A stretch of 52,477 bases of DNA from Pseudomonadota bacterium (GCA_043799175.1 JAZDOA010000083.1:1-52477); one strand, 5' to 3'. Counted from the stretch's first letter, positions 31,126 to 42,334 are shown. Notes: generated by a model from the letters alone, not told the origin. Program-made: numbers and translations.

Positions 31126-31416
31126 ATGCAACTGGGCCTGGTGGTGGGCACTTTGGTGGCCACCCGCAAGGATGAGCGCCTGAGTGGGCTGAAGTTCCTG
31201 GTGGTCAGGGACCTGGGGCTTGATATGAGCCAGTCGGGTTCGGGGGTGGTGGCCGCCGATGCCGTGGGCGCGGGGCGGGGCGAGGTGGTGTTGTATGCCA
31301 CGGGCAGCTCCGCCCGGCAGACGGCCCTGACCGACGGCAAGCCCGTTGACGCGGCCATCATGGCCATAGTGGACAGCTTCGACGTCGACGGCGTCGAGAA
31401 ATACCGGAAGGGATAG
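31126..31416 (+). CDS. BMC-P pentamer vertex protein (EutN/CcmL family), paralog 1
   Basis: [27 protein letters not shown]... typical EutN N-terminus; 96 aa. Confidence 0.9.
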   Translation: MQLGLVVGTLVATRKDERLSGLKFLVVRDLGLDMSQSGSGVVAADAVGAGRGEVVLYATGSSARQTALTDGKPVDAAIMAIVDSFDVDGVEKYRKG

Positions 31417-31421
31417 CCGCG

Positions 31422-32867
31422 GTGGCCGAGCGGGCGGCGGGCATCAGCCCGGAGCTGATCAATGAAGTGGTGGAGCGGGTGGTCGTAAGGCTCAAGGGCG
31501 GCCCCTGTTCCTGCCGGGGGCAGCAGGCGGGGGCGCCTGAGGTGGCCGAGGACAGCGGCAGCTTCAAGGTGCTGGACGATGCCGTGGCGGCGGCCCGCGA
31601 GGCGCAGGCGGCCCTCGATGCCGGCGGGCTGGATCTGCGGCGGGTCGTGGTGGCCTCTATCCGCGAGGTCTGCCTGCCCGAGGTGGAGCGCCTGGCCCGG
31701 CTGGCGGTGGAGGAGGCGGGCTACGGGCGGGTGGAAGACAAGATCTTCAAGAACCGCCTGGCGGTGAGCAAGACGCCGGGCTGCGAGGTTCTGCGGTCTC
31801 GCGCGGTCTCGGGAGACCACGGCCTGACCCTCACCGAGCGTGCTCCCTGGGGCGTGATTGGCTCCATAACCCCGGTAACCAACCCTACCGAGACCATAAT
31901 CTGCAATTCCATAGGCATGATAGCCGCGGGCAACGCCGTGGTGTTCAACCCCCACCCCGCCGCCGCCAAGGTCTCCAACCTGGTCGTGCACCTGGTGAAC
32001 GAGGCCTCGCGGCGGGTGGGCGGGCCGCCCGATCTGGCCACTTCCACCGTAAGCCCAACCATCGAGAGCGCCCAGGCCCTCATGCGCCACCCCGAGGTCA
32101 ACCTGCTGGTTGTCACTGGGGGGCCGGGGGTGGTGAAGGCCGCCTTGGGCAGTGGGAAGAGGGCCATCTGTGCCGGTCCTGGCAACCCCCCCGCCGTGGT
32201 GGACGAGACGGCCGACCTGGCCCAGGCGGCGCGCGACTTGGTGCGCGGCGCCTCGCTGGACAACAACATCGTCTGCGTGGTGGAGAAGGTCATTATTGTC
32301 GTGGAACAGGTGGCCGGCCGCCTCATGGCGCTGCTGGAGGAGGCCGGCGCGCGCCGGCTGAGCCCCGAGGAGCTGCTCAGGCTGACCCCGCTGCTCTTCG
32401 AGGGCGACCCCGCCAGGCACCTGCCCAACCGCCGCATGGTGGGCAAGAATACGGAGGTCATATTGAAGGCCGCGGGCCTGGCCTGCCCGCCCGAGGCGCG
32501 CCTGGCCTTTGCCGAGTGCCCGGCGGACCACCCCCTGGTGCTCACCGAGCAGCTCATGCCCGTGCTTCCCCTGGTGCGGGTTCGCAACGTTGAGGAGGCC
32601 ATAAGGCTGGCCGTGAAGGTCGAGGGCGGCAGACGGCACACGGCCGTCATGCACTCGCGCGACATCGCCAGTCTCTCGGCCATGGCCCGCGCCTGCAACG
32701 CCTCGATCTTCGTCAAGAATGGCCCTTCCTTCGCGGGCCTGGGGCTGGAGGGCGAGGACTATTGCTCTTTCTCCATCGCCAGCCCCACCGGAGAGGGCCT
32801 CACCAACGCCACGCATTTTACCCGGGAGCGCCGCTGCACCCTCAAAGACTACTTCAGGATTATCTGA
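31422..32867 (+). CDS. CoA-acylating aldehyde dehydrogenase (EutE/PduP-like) with N-terminal encapsulation peptide
   Basis: GVIGSITPVTNPTET, NPHP, catalytic CAGPGNPPAVVDETAD; amphipathic SPELINEVVERVVVRLK then a low-complexity linker; GTG start. Confidence 0.9.
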   Translation: MAERAAGISPELINEVVERVVVRLKGGPCSCRGQQAGAPEVAEDSGSFKVLDDAVAAAREAQAALDAGGLDLRRVVVASIREVCLPEVERLARLAVEEAGYGRVEDKIFKNRLAVSKTPGCEVLRSRAVSGDHGLTLTERAPWGVIGSITPVTNPTETIICNSIGMIAAGNAVVFNPHPAAAKVSNLVVHLVNEASRRVGGPPDLATSTVSPTIESAQALMRHPEVNLLVVTGGPGVVKAALGSGKRAICAGPGNPPAVVDETADLAQAARDLVRGASLDNNIVCVVEKVIIVVEQVAGRLMALLEEAGARRLSPEELLRLTPLLFEGDPARHLPNRRMVGKNTEVILKAAGLACPPEARLAFAECPADHPLVLTEQLMPVLPLVRVRNVEEAIRLAVKVEGGRRHTAVMHSRDIASLSAMARACNASIFVKNGPSFAGLGLEGEDYCSFSIASPTGEGLTNATHFTRERRCTLKDYFRII

Positions 32868-33457
32868 TGGAGCCGGCACTGGGCCTGATAGAAACCAAGA
32901 CCATAGTGGCGGGCATCGAGCTGGCCGACGCCCTGTGCAAGCGGGCCCCGGTGGTTCTGCGGCGCCTGTTCACCCTTACCCCCGGCAAGATGATAATCGT
33001 CTTCACCGGAGACGAGGCCCCGGTGGAGGAGAGCTGGCGCCGGGGGCTGGAGGTCGCGGGAGAGGCCGTGCTCGACTCGCTGTTTCTGCCGGCGGTGGAA
33101 CCACGGGTGGCCGGCGCGCTGTTCTCGGGCGGCCCACGGTGCCCAGTGGGGCCAGGAGAGGCCCTGGGCGCGGTGGAGACCCTGTCCGTGGCCTCCTGCG
33201 TGGTGGCGGCGGATGTCGCGCTGAAGGCGGCACGGGTGGATCTGATCGAACTTCGGCTGCGGCGGGAGCTGGGCGGCAAGGGTTACTTTCTCATCTGTGG
33301 CTCGCACGGGGACACCGAGGCGGCCCTGGAGGCGGCCGCGCTGCGGCTGGCGGAGGTTGACCCCCCCATGCTGGCGGGCACCCTGCTCATCCCCCGGCCG
33401 CACGACGACATGCTGCGCGAGCTTCTGGCCGCCAACGAGGCATCGGCATGGAGCTAG
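32867..33457 (+). CDS. BMC-T shell protein (tandem BMC domains, PduT / Haliangium T1-like)
   Basis: ALGLIETKTIVAGIELADALCKRA and ALGAVETLSVASCVVAADVALKAA domain starts; ATGA overlap with the AldDH stop; start at MEPAL inside the longer ORF. Confidence 0.85.
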   Translation: MEPALGLIETKTIVAGIELADALCKRAPVVLRRLFTLTPGKMIIVFTGDEAPVEESWRRGLEVAGEAVLDSLFLPAVEPRVAGALFSGGPRCPVGPGEALGAVETLSVASCVVAADVALKAARVDLIELRLRRELGGKGYFLICGSHGDTEAALEAAALRLAEVDPPMLAGTLLIPRPHDDMLRELLAANEASAWS

Positions 33458-33729
33458 GACGGGTCAGGGGCAGACTGGTCGCCACCCAGCGCGCCGACAA
33501 CCTCGACGGGGTGAAGTTCCTGATCGTCCAGCCGCTCAATGAGCGCCTGGATCCCGTCGGGAGCCCGCTGGTGGCCGTGGATGGGGTCGCCCAGGCCGGC
33601 CCGGGAGATCTGGTCTACTGGGTCAAGGGCCGCGAGGGGGCCATGGTGTTGCCAGAACATTTCGCCTGCGTGGACGCCGGCATAGCCGGCATAGTGGACG
33701 CGGTGGATCTGGAAGAGGAGAAGTCCTGA
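33448..33729 (+). CDS. BMC-P pentamer vertex protein, paralog 2
   Basis: MELGRVRGRLVATQRADNLDGVKFLIVQP...; 93 aa; overlaps upstream gene by 10 nt. Confidence 0.9.
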   Translation: MELGRVRGRLVATQRADNLDGVKFLIVQPLNERLDPVGSPLVAVDGVAQAGPGDLVYWVKGREGAMVLPEHFACVDAGIAGIVDAVDLEEEKS

Positions 33730-34007
33730 TGCAGGCCGCAAGGGTTTTGGGGACAGTCACCTCTACGGTGAAACACCAGGCCTTCCGCGGGCTCAAGCTG
33801 TTGGTCGTGCAGCCCTTCTTCGGCGGCAGGCCCCAGGGGCGCAGCTTCCTGGCCGTCGACTTCGCCCAGGCGGGCGTGGGAGACACCGTGCTGGTGGTGC
33901 GCGAAGGCAGCTCCACCCGGCAGTTGCTGGGGCGGGAACTGGCCCCGGTGCACGCGGCCGTGGTGGGCATCGTGGACGGTATTTTCCCCCCCGAGGAGGA
34001 GTCATGA
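33729..34007 (+). CDS. BMC-P pentamer vertex protein, paralog 3
   Basis: MQAARVLGTVTSTVKHQAFRGLKLLVVQP...; 92 aa; TGATG overlap. Confidence 0.9.
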   Translation: MQAARVLGTVTSTVKHQAFRGLKLLVVQPFFGGRPQGRSFLAVDFAQAGVGDTVLVVREGSSTRQLLGRELAPVHAAVVGIVDGIFPPEEES

Positions 34008-34801
34008 GGCCGGAGCACGAAATCCGCAAGGACATCGTCCTCATCTGCCGCCGCCTGAGCGAGCGGGGCTTCATCGCCGCCTCAGACGGCAACGTCAGCG
34101 TGCGTCTCCAGGGGCCGGGCGGCGCCGGGCGCCTGCTCATCACCCCCTCGGGGCTGCACAAGGGCTTCATCAAGGAAGACGACCTGGTGCTGTGCGATAT
34201 GTCCGGCAAGGCCCTGCGGGGCCGGGGCAAGCCCTCGTCCGAAATCCTCATGCACCTTCAGGCCTACCAGCTCCGGCCGGACGTCAATGCCGTGGTCCAT
34301 GCCCACCCGCCCTTGGCCACGGCCTTCACCATCGCCAAGGTCTCCCTGGCCAGGTGCGTGCTGCCCGAGGTGGTGATTACCATGGGCACCATTCCCACCA
34401 CCGCCTACGCCACCCCCTGCACCGCCGAGGGGCCGGAGGTCATAAAGGACCTGATCGGCGACCACGACGCCCTGGTGCTGGACCGCCACGGCACCCTTAC
34501 CGTGGGCAAGGATCTCTTCGAGGCCTACGGCAAGTTGGAGAAGATCGAACACACCGCCCAGGTCACCCTGGCCGCCCGCATGCTGGGTAACCTCACCCTG
34601 CTTAACGAATCGCAGTTGGCCCGCCTGGAGCATCTGGCCCCGGAGCGGGTGCGTCGCGCCGCCGCCGACCCCGCCTGCCTCGGCTGCGGGGCCTGCCAGC
34701 CGGCGGACGCCCCGGCAGACCGCGAGGCCATAGGCAGGTTGGTGGCCCAAGAGCTGAAGCGGGTACTGGGCGGTCGGGACTCCGGCACCCATGAACCTTA
34801 G
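34004..34801 (+). CDS. Class II aldolase/adducin-family protein (FucA/RhaD-like) with C-terminal encapsulation peptide
   Basis: ASDGNVSVR, SSEILMH, VVHAHPP zinc-ligand region; C-terminal extension with amphipathic REAIGRLVAQELKRVLGG; ATGA overlap. Confidence 0.9.
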   Translation: MRPEHEIRKDIVLICRRLSERGFIAASDGNVSVRLQGPGGAGRLLITPSGLHKGFIKEDDLVLCDMSGKALRGRGKPSSEILMHLQAYQLRPDVNAVVHAHPPLATAFTIAKVSLARCVLPEVVITMGTIPTTAYATPCTAEGPEVIKDLIGDHDALVLDRHGTLTVGKDLFEAYGKLEKIEHTAQVTLAARMLGNLTLLNESQLARLEHLAPERVRRAAADPACLGCGACQPADAPADREAIGRLVAQELKRVLGGRDSGTHEP

Positions 34802-34888
34802 CGAAAACCGCACCGCCCGAGAGGGCGCCACCCAGGTTAATGCCAAGCTTATTGGGCTAACACGGGCGCATAATTAAGATAACGTCGC

Positions 34889-34917
34889 TTGCGTCTGCCC
34901 ACGGGCTGTAGTATACT
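34889..34917 (+). promoter_or_regulatory. Putative sigma70 promoter for the radical SAM gene
   Basis: TTGCGT-17 nt-TATACT, 30 nt upstream of the ATG at 34947. Confidence 0.45.
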
Positions 34918-34946
34918 TTTTATCTTTTCCGGTTTCTAAATTCCCC

Positions 34947-37475
34947 ATGAAAGAACTACTAAAATTCGTCAGCAGACCCAGTCGCTATCTGGGATGCGAG
35001 ATAAACGCGGTGCGCAAGGCGCCGGCGGGACGGCTTCGCGTCGCCCTGGCCTTCCCGGATCTATACGAGGTGGGGATGTCCCACCTGGGCATCCAGATCC
35101 TCTACGATATTCTCAATGCCCAGGAAGGCGTGGCGTGCGAGCGGGTCTTCGCCCCGTGGCCTGACATGGCGGCGGTGCTGCGCCGGAGGGGCCTGCCGCT
35201 GGCGACTCTGGAGTCGGACACCCCCCTGGCCGAGTTCGATATTCTGGGCTTCAGCCTGGAGTATGAACTCTCTTACAGTAACGTGCTGGAGATGCTCTCC
35301 CTGGCCGGGTTGCCCTCGCGGTCGGCGGAGCGCACCGAGGCCCACCCCCTGATTCTGGGCGGGGGGCCGTGCTGCTTCAATCCCGAGCCCCTGGCGGAGT
35401 TTTTTGACGCCTTCCTGCTCGGAGACGGCGAAGAGGCCGTGGTGGAAATCAGCCAGGCCGTCGCCGCCTGGAAGGCTGCCCGAGGCAGCCGCCCCGAGCT
35501 GCTGGAGCGGCTTGCCGCCATCCGGGGCGTGTATGTTCCCTCCTTCTTCGAGGCGCGCTACCGGCCTGACGGCGAGTTTGAGCGGGTGGTCGCGCTCCGT
35601 CCGGGCCACGAGCGGGTGGAGCGGCGCATCCTGGTGGATCTGACCACGGCGCCGGTCCCCGAAAGGCCCCTGGTCTCGGCCGCGCAACTCATTCATGACC
35701 GGCTTCGGATAGAGCTGGCCCGAGGCTGCACCAGGGGCTGCCGTTTCTGTCAGGCCGGCATCATCTACCGGCCAGTGCGCGAGCGCGCCCCCCAAAGGGT
35801 GCTGGAGCTGGCCGAGCGCGCCCTTGCCGCCAGCGGTTTTGAGGAGCTTTCGCTGCTGAGCCTGAGCGCGGGAGACTACGGCTGCCTGGCGCCGCTGCTG
35901 CGCGAGCTGGTTGACCGGCACTACCCCCAGCGCGTGGCCCTGAGCCTGCCCAGCCTGCGGGTGGGCACCCTGCGGCCCGAGGTGATAGAGCAGGTCCGCC
36001 GGGTGCGCAAGACGGGCTTCACCCTGGCCCCGGAGGCGGCCACGGAGAGGCTGCGCCGGGTGATCAACAAAGACATCTCCGAGGAGCGGCTGATCGAGAC
36101 GGCCAGGGATGCCTATAGCGCCGGCTGGAACCTGCTCAAGCTCTACTTCATGGTCGGGCTGCCCACCGAGACCGCTGAAGACCTGGCGGCCATCCCCGGA
36201 CTCATCCATGCCGTATCGGGCGCCCTGGGGCGCGGCCGCCGGCAGGTCAACGCCAGCCTGTCGGTCTTCATCCCCAAGCCGCACACCCCGCTGCAGTGGG
36301 AGCGGGCGGTGGGGCCGGAGGAGGCCAGGGCCAAACTGGATTGGCTCAAGGGTCACCTCACGGCACGCTGGATAAAGCTGAAGTGGAGCAACCCCGAGCA
36401 GAGCCTGCTCGAGGCCGTCTTCTCCCGTGGTGACCGGCGGCTGGGCGCGGTGCTAGAAGAGGCGCACCGGCTGGGGTGCGGCTTCGATTCCTGGAGCGAC
36501 CAGCTGCGGCCGGATCTGTGGCGGGAGGCCTTCGCGCGCGCCGGGCTGGACCCGCTCTCTTACCTGCGGGAGCGTGACCCCGATGGGGGCCTGCCGTGGG
36601 GTCATCTCCACACCGGTGTCACGCCGGAGTATCTGCGGCGGGAGCGGGAGACGGCCCTCGGGGATCAACCCGCCTTCACCCCTGACTGTCGTCAGGCGGG
36701 CTGCCTGAATTGTGGGGTCTGTTCGGGCGAGGTTGGGCCGCGGTTGGTGGATTCCGGCGACCTGAACGGAAAAAATCACTCTGCCGGCGAGGCGGCCGCG
36801 CCGCCAATGAAGCCGGCGGCCCAAGTCGTGCTGAACCCACGCCGGCTGCGCATCCACTACGCCAAGCTGGAAGGTGCCAGATACCTCAGCCACCTGGAGA
36901 TGGTCCGCCTCATGTACCGGGCCTTCCGGAGGGCTGGCATACCGGTGGCCTATACCCAGGGCTTTCATCCCCTGCCCCGGCTATCGTTCGGCAAGGCACT
37001 GCCCGTCGGAGTGGAGAGCCTGGCCGAATATCTCGATGTCGAGCTGGCGCCTGGCACCCGGCCGGTGGACTATCCCGCCCCGCTGGTGGCCAAGAGACTG
37101 GGTGATGTCCTGCCCGAGGGTCTCAAGGTGTTGGGGGTCGAGGAGGCGCCACCGGGCAGGAAACTCAAGCCGCCCGCCGAGGAAACCTACGCCGTCAGCC
37201 TGGACGGCCAGGTCAGGCCGGGGCTGAAAGAGGCAGCCCAGGCCTTCCTGCGCCTGTCCGACTGCCGGGTGGAGGTCGAAGGCCGCAAGGGGGTGCGTAC
37301 CGCGGATCTGCGCGGCCTGGTCAGCAGGCTGGAGGTGGAAGATGACGGCTCGCTGCGTCTGGTCCTGAGATTGCAAACGTCTGAGGTTCAGTTGCGCCCC
37401 GAGGTGGTGCTACGCCACGTCTTCGGCCTGACGGACGAGGAAGTGGCGTGGCTAACCGTGCTGAAGGTGGGCTGA
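34947..37475 (+). CDS. Radical SAM protein (B12-binding-like N-domain, TIGR03960-like) fused to a DUF2344-like C-terminal domain
   Basis: N-terminal SRPSRYLG motif, ELARGCTRGCRFCQAG radical SAM cluster, C-terminal RYLSHLE...F.RA block typical of DUF2344; 842 aa. Confidence 0.8.
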   Translation: MKELLKFVSRPSRYLGCEINAVRKAPAGRLRVALAFPDLYEVGMSHLGIQILYDILNAQEGVACERVFAPWPDMAAVLRRRGLPLATLESDTPLAEFDILGFSLEYELSYSNVLEMLSLAGLPSRSAERTEAHPLILGGGPCCFNPEPLAEFFDAFLLGDGEEAVVEISQAVAAWKAARGSRPELLERLAAIRGVYVPSFFEARYRPDGEFERVVALRPGHERVERRILVDLTTAPVPERPLVSAAQLIHDRLRIELARGCTRGCRFCQAGIIYRPVRERAPQRVLELAERALAASGFEELSLLSLSAGDYGCLAPLLRELVDRHYPQRVALSLPSLRVGTLRPEVIEQVRRVRKTGFTLAPEAATERLRRVINKDISEERLIETARDAYSAGWNLLKLYFMVGLPTETAEDLAAIPGLIHAVSGALGRGRRQVNASLSVFIPKPHTPLQWERAVGPEEARAKLDWLKGHLTARWIKLKWSNPEQSLLEAVFSRGDRRLGAVLEEAHRLGCGFDSWSDQLRPDLWREAFARAGLDPLSYLRERDPDGGLPWGHLHTGVTPEYLRRERETALGDQPAFTPDCRQAGCLNCGVCSGEVGPRLVDSGDLNGKNHSAGEAAAPPMKPAAQVVLNPRRLRIHYAKLEGARYLSHLEMVRLMYRAFRRAGIPVAYTQGFHPLPRLSFGKALPVGVESLAEYLDVELAPGTRPVDYPAPLVAKRLGDVLPEGLKVLGVEEAPPGRKLKPPAEETYAVSLDGQVRPGLKEAAQAFLRLSDCRVEVEGRKGVRTADLRGLVSRLEVEDDGSLRLVLRLQTSEVQLRPEVVLRHVFGLTDEEVAWLTVLKVG

Positions 37476-37660
37476 TAGGGCCAGGCGGCGGCGGGGCGCC
37501 CCGGAGGCAGGCGTGGATCTCTGGATAGGACTAGCGGTAGTGTCAGTTGTTTTGATCTTTCTGGTCTGGTGCCGCTTGTATGATCTCTTGATGGAAATGA
37601 TAGTGGATCTGATATTGGACTCCTTGTTCTGGTGGTGAGCGCGCCTGATCTGGTGGTCTC

Positions 37661-39154
37661 ATGACAACTGAGCTGGTAATAAATGTCCAGCCCTGGGAAA
37701 CGCGGGTGGCCCTGGTCGAGAACGACCAGGTGGTGGAGTTCTATCTCGAACGTTCGCGGGAGCGGGGCATGGCGGCCAACCTCTACAGGGGGCGCGTGGT
37801 GCGCGTGCTGCCGGGCATGCAAGCCGCCTTCGTGGATATTGGTCTGCCCAGGGCGGCCTTCCTGCACGCCGGCGACATTCAGGCGCGGGTCGAGGACGTC
37901 CACGATCTGGTCAACGCCACCAGCCTCGGTGAGCCGGTGCGCGGCGGCGCGGGCCTCCTCATCGAGGATCTGGTAAGAGAGAACCAGGAAATCCTGGCTC
38001 AGGTGGCCAAGGAGCCCATAGGCAGCAAGGGTGCCCGCATCACCACCTACATTTCGCTGCCGGGCCGACACCTGGTATTGATGCCGGGTATGCAGCACGT
38101 CGGGGTGTCCCGGCGCATCGAGGACGAGACCGAGCGGCTGCGGCTGCGGGACATAGTCGAGGCCATGCGCCCCGAGGGTTTTGGCTTCATCTTGCGGACG
38201 GCCAGCGAGGGCGTCGACGGCTCCAAGCTCGCCGCGGAGATGGAATTCCTGCTCAAGCTGTGGCGCGATCTGGAAGAGCGCTACAGCCGTGCCCCCGTGC
38301 CCAGCCTGATCTACCGCGACCTGAACGTCACCCTGCGGGCGGTGCGCGATCTGTTCACCAAGGAGGTAGACCGCCTCGTGGTGGACAACCGGGACTCCTA
38401 CCACGAAATACTGGAGTTCGTTGACACCTTCATGCCCCCCTTGCGCCATAGCGTGGAGCTCTATGAGAAGTCCGAGCCTGTTTTCGACGCCTATGGCCTC
38501 GAAACCGACCTGGTCCGGGCACTGGCCCGCAAGGTCTGGCTCAAGAGCGGGGGCTATATAGTCATAGAGCGCACCGAGGCCCTGGTGGTGATAGACGTCA
38601 ATACGGGCCGCTACGTGGGCAAGCGCAACCTGGAGGAGACCATCCTCAAGACCAACCTGGAGGCGGTCAAGGAGATAGCCTATCAGCTGCGGCTGCGGGA
38701 CATCGGCGGAATCATCATCACCGATTTCATCGACATGGAAAAAGAGGCCGACCGGGAGAAGGTCTACTCCTCGCTCATCGAGGCCCTCAGGCGTGACCGC
38801 AGCAGGACCAAGGTCCTGCCCATGTCGCAGCTGGGTCTGGTGGAGATGACCCGCAAGAGAGTCCGGGGCAGCCTGGCCGATACCCTGCTGGAACCCTGCT
38901 TCTATTGCGACGGGGAGGGCAGCCTGGCCAATCGGCTGGCCCTCTGCTTCGATATCTTCCGGGAGACCGAGCGGCGCGCGGCGCAGTCCGTCGGGGAGAA
39001 CCTCTTCGTGTCGTGCCACCCCGAGATAGCCGACATCCTGGCCGACGAGGAGCGCCATTCCGTGGAGGAACTGGAGACGCGCCTCCGGCGGCGGCTGGTC
39101 ATTCGGGCCGACCCGAAGCTGCATCTGGAGCAGTATGAAGTAGAAGTCTTCTGA
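37661..39154 (+). CDS. rng: Ribonuclease G/E family endoribonuclease
   Basis: S1 domain (YRGRVVRVLPGMQAAFVDIG), DNase I-like and small domains (VIDVNTG...GGIIITDFIDM). Confidence 0.9.
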   Translation: MTTELVINVQPWETRVALVENDQVVEFYLERSRERGMAANLYRGRVVRVLPGMQAAFVDIGLPRAAFLHAGDIQARVEDVHDLVNATSLGEPVRGGAGLLIEDLVRENQEILAQVAKEPIGSKGARITTYISLPGRHLVLMPGMQHVGVSRRIEDETERLRLRDIVEAMRPEGFGFILRTASEGVDGSKLAAEMEFLLKLWRDLEERYSRAPVPSLIYRDLNVTLRAVRDLFTKEVDRLVVDNRDSYHEILEFVDTFMPPLRHSVELYEKSEPVFDAYGLETDLVRALARKVWLKSGGYIVIERTEALVVIDVNTGRYVGKRNLEETILKTNLEAVKEIAYQLRLRDIGGIIITDFIDMEKEADREKVYSSLIEALRRDRSRTKVLPMSQLGLVEMTRKRVRGSLADTLLEPCFYCDGEGSLANRLALCFDIFRETERRAAQSVGENLFVSCHPEIADILADEERHSVEELETRLRRRLVIRADPKLHLEQYEVEVF

Positions 39155-41315
<2,161 letters not shown>

Positions 41316-41356
41316 TAATTCCGAAGCGGCAGTCCATTAACGAGGGAGCAGGCAGG

Positions 41357-42334
41357 GTGGTTCACGTCATAGACGACAGGCTTGATAGAAAAAGCGTCGA
41401 GATAGGTGGCGAACTCATGCTCCTGTCGGACGTCCTGGAGGCGCTGGAAGATATCGTCTGCTACACCAGCCTCTACCTGCGCATATCACAGAGCGCGGTC
41501 TCGGCCACCTCGTTCAAGAGTGACGGCTCCCCCCGGTCCAGCCACGATCTGCTCACTGCCCGCATCATGAAGCAGTTCATAGACATTTATCTGCCCCAGT
41601 GCAACGTCGAGGGCGAGGATATCATCCCCACGGACAAGGGCAGTGATGCCACCATCATTTGTGACGCCCTGGACGGCACCCGGGCCTACCTGAGCCACGA
41701 CCTGTCCATAGCCACCTGCGCCACCCTGGTGCTGAAAGGCGAGGTGGTGGCCTCATATCTGCACAACCCCATCAGCCAGCGAAGCTTCTTTTATGTTGAC
41801 GGCCAGAGCTACGTGAAGCGGTTCGGCTACTCCCGCAACCCGGTCCACGAGCTGCCGCAGAAGACGTCCATGCACCTGCGCACCAACGACCCCCGCAGCC
41901 TGAGCGAGATTGAAAACTGTCGCCTGCTGGACCTCTACCCCACCATGGACCACGAGAACGACCCGGTGCGCCTGGGCCTCGACAGGCTGAGGTTTGCCGT
42001 CTGGGGCAGCGACCGCACCTCGGGCCGCAGCATCAACATGGCCTTGGCCCGCGCCGCCGAGGGCAGCTACAACATCCTGGTCTTCAAGCCCCAGGGGGGC
42101 GGCGTCAAGGTCAACCTGCGCTACATCATTCACGGGTGGGCCATCATCCGGGGGGCCGGCATGGGCCTGGTCGATCTGGCGACCCTCCAGCCCATCGACG
42201 ATCCCCTCATCGACCTCGAGCAATGCCCCTCCGGCCTGGCCTTTTTCTCCAGCCGCGCCATCATGGAGAAGGCCGTCCCCTACATCGCCCCGCAGCTCAC
42301 GCTGGCCGAACGCATTCAGGCCGGTCTGGCCTGA
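41357..42334 (+). CDS. Divergent inositol monophosphatase/FBPase-fold protein, function unknown
   Basis: K.DGS....HD...I...L...P...EGED and CDALDGTRAYL...CATLVLKG..VASYLHNP mirror IMPase motifs (DPxDGT becomes DALDGT); GTG start. Confidence 0.5.
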   Translation: MVHVIDDRLDRKSVEIGGELMLLSDVLEALEDIVCYTSLYLRISQSAVSATSFKSDGSPRSSHDLLTARIMKQFIDIYLPQCNVEGEDIIPTDKGSDATIICDALDGTRAYLSHDLSIATCATLVLKGEVVASYLHNPISQRSFFYVDGQSYVKRFGYSRNPVHELPQKTSMHLRTNDPRSLSEIENCRLLDLYPTMDHENDPVRLGLDRLRFAVWGSDRTSGRSINMALARAAEGSYNILVFKPQGGGVKVNLRYIIHGWAIIRGAGMGLVDLATLQPIDDPLIDLEQCPSGLAFFSSRAIMEKAVPYIAPQLTLAERIQAGLA

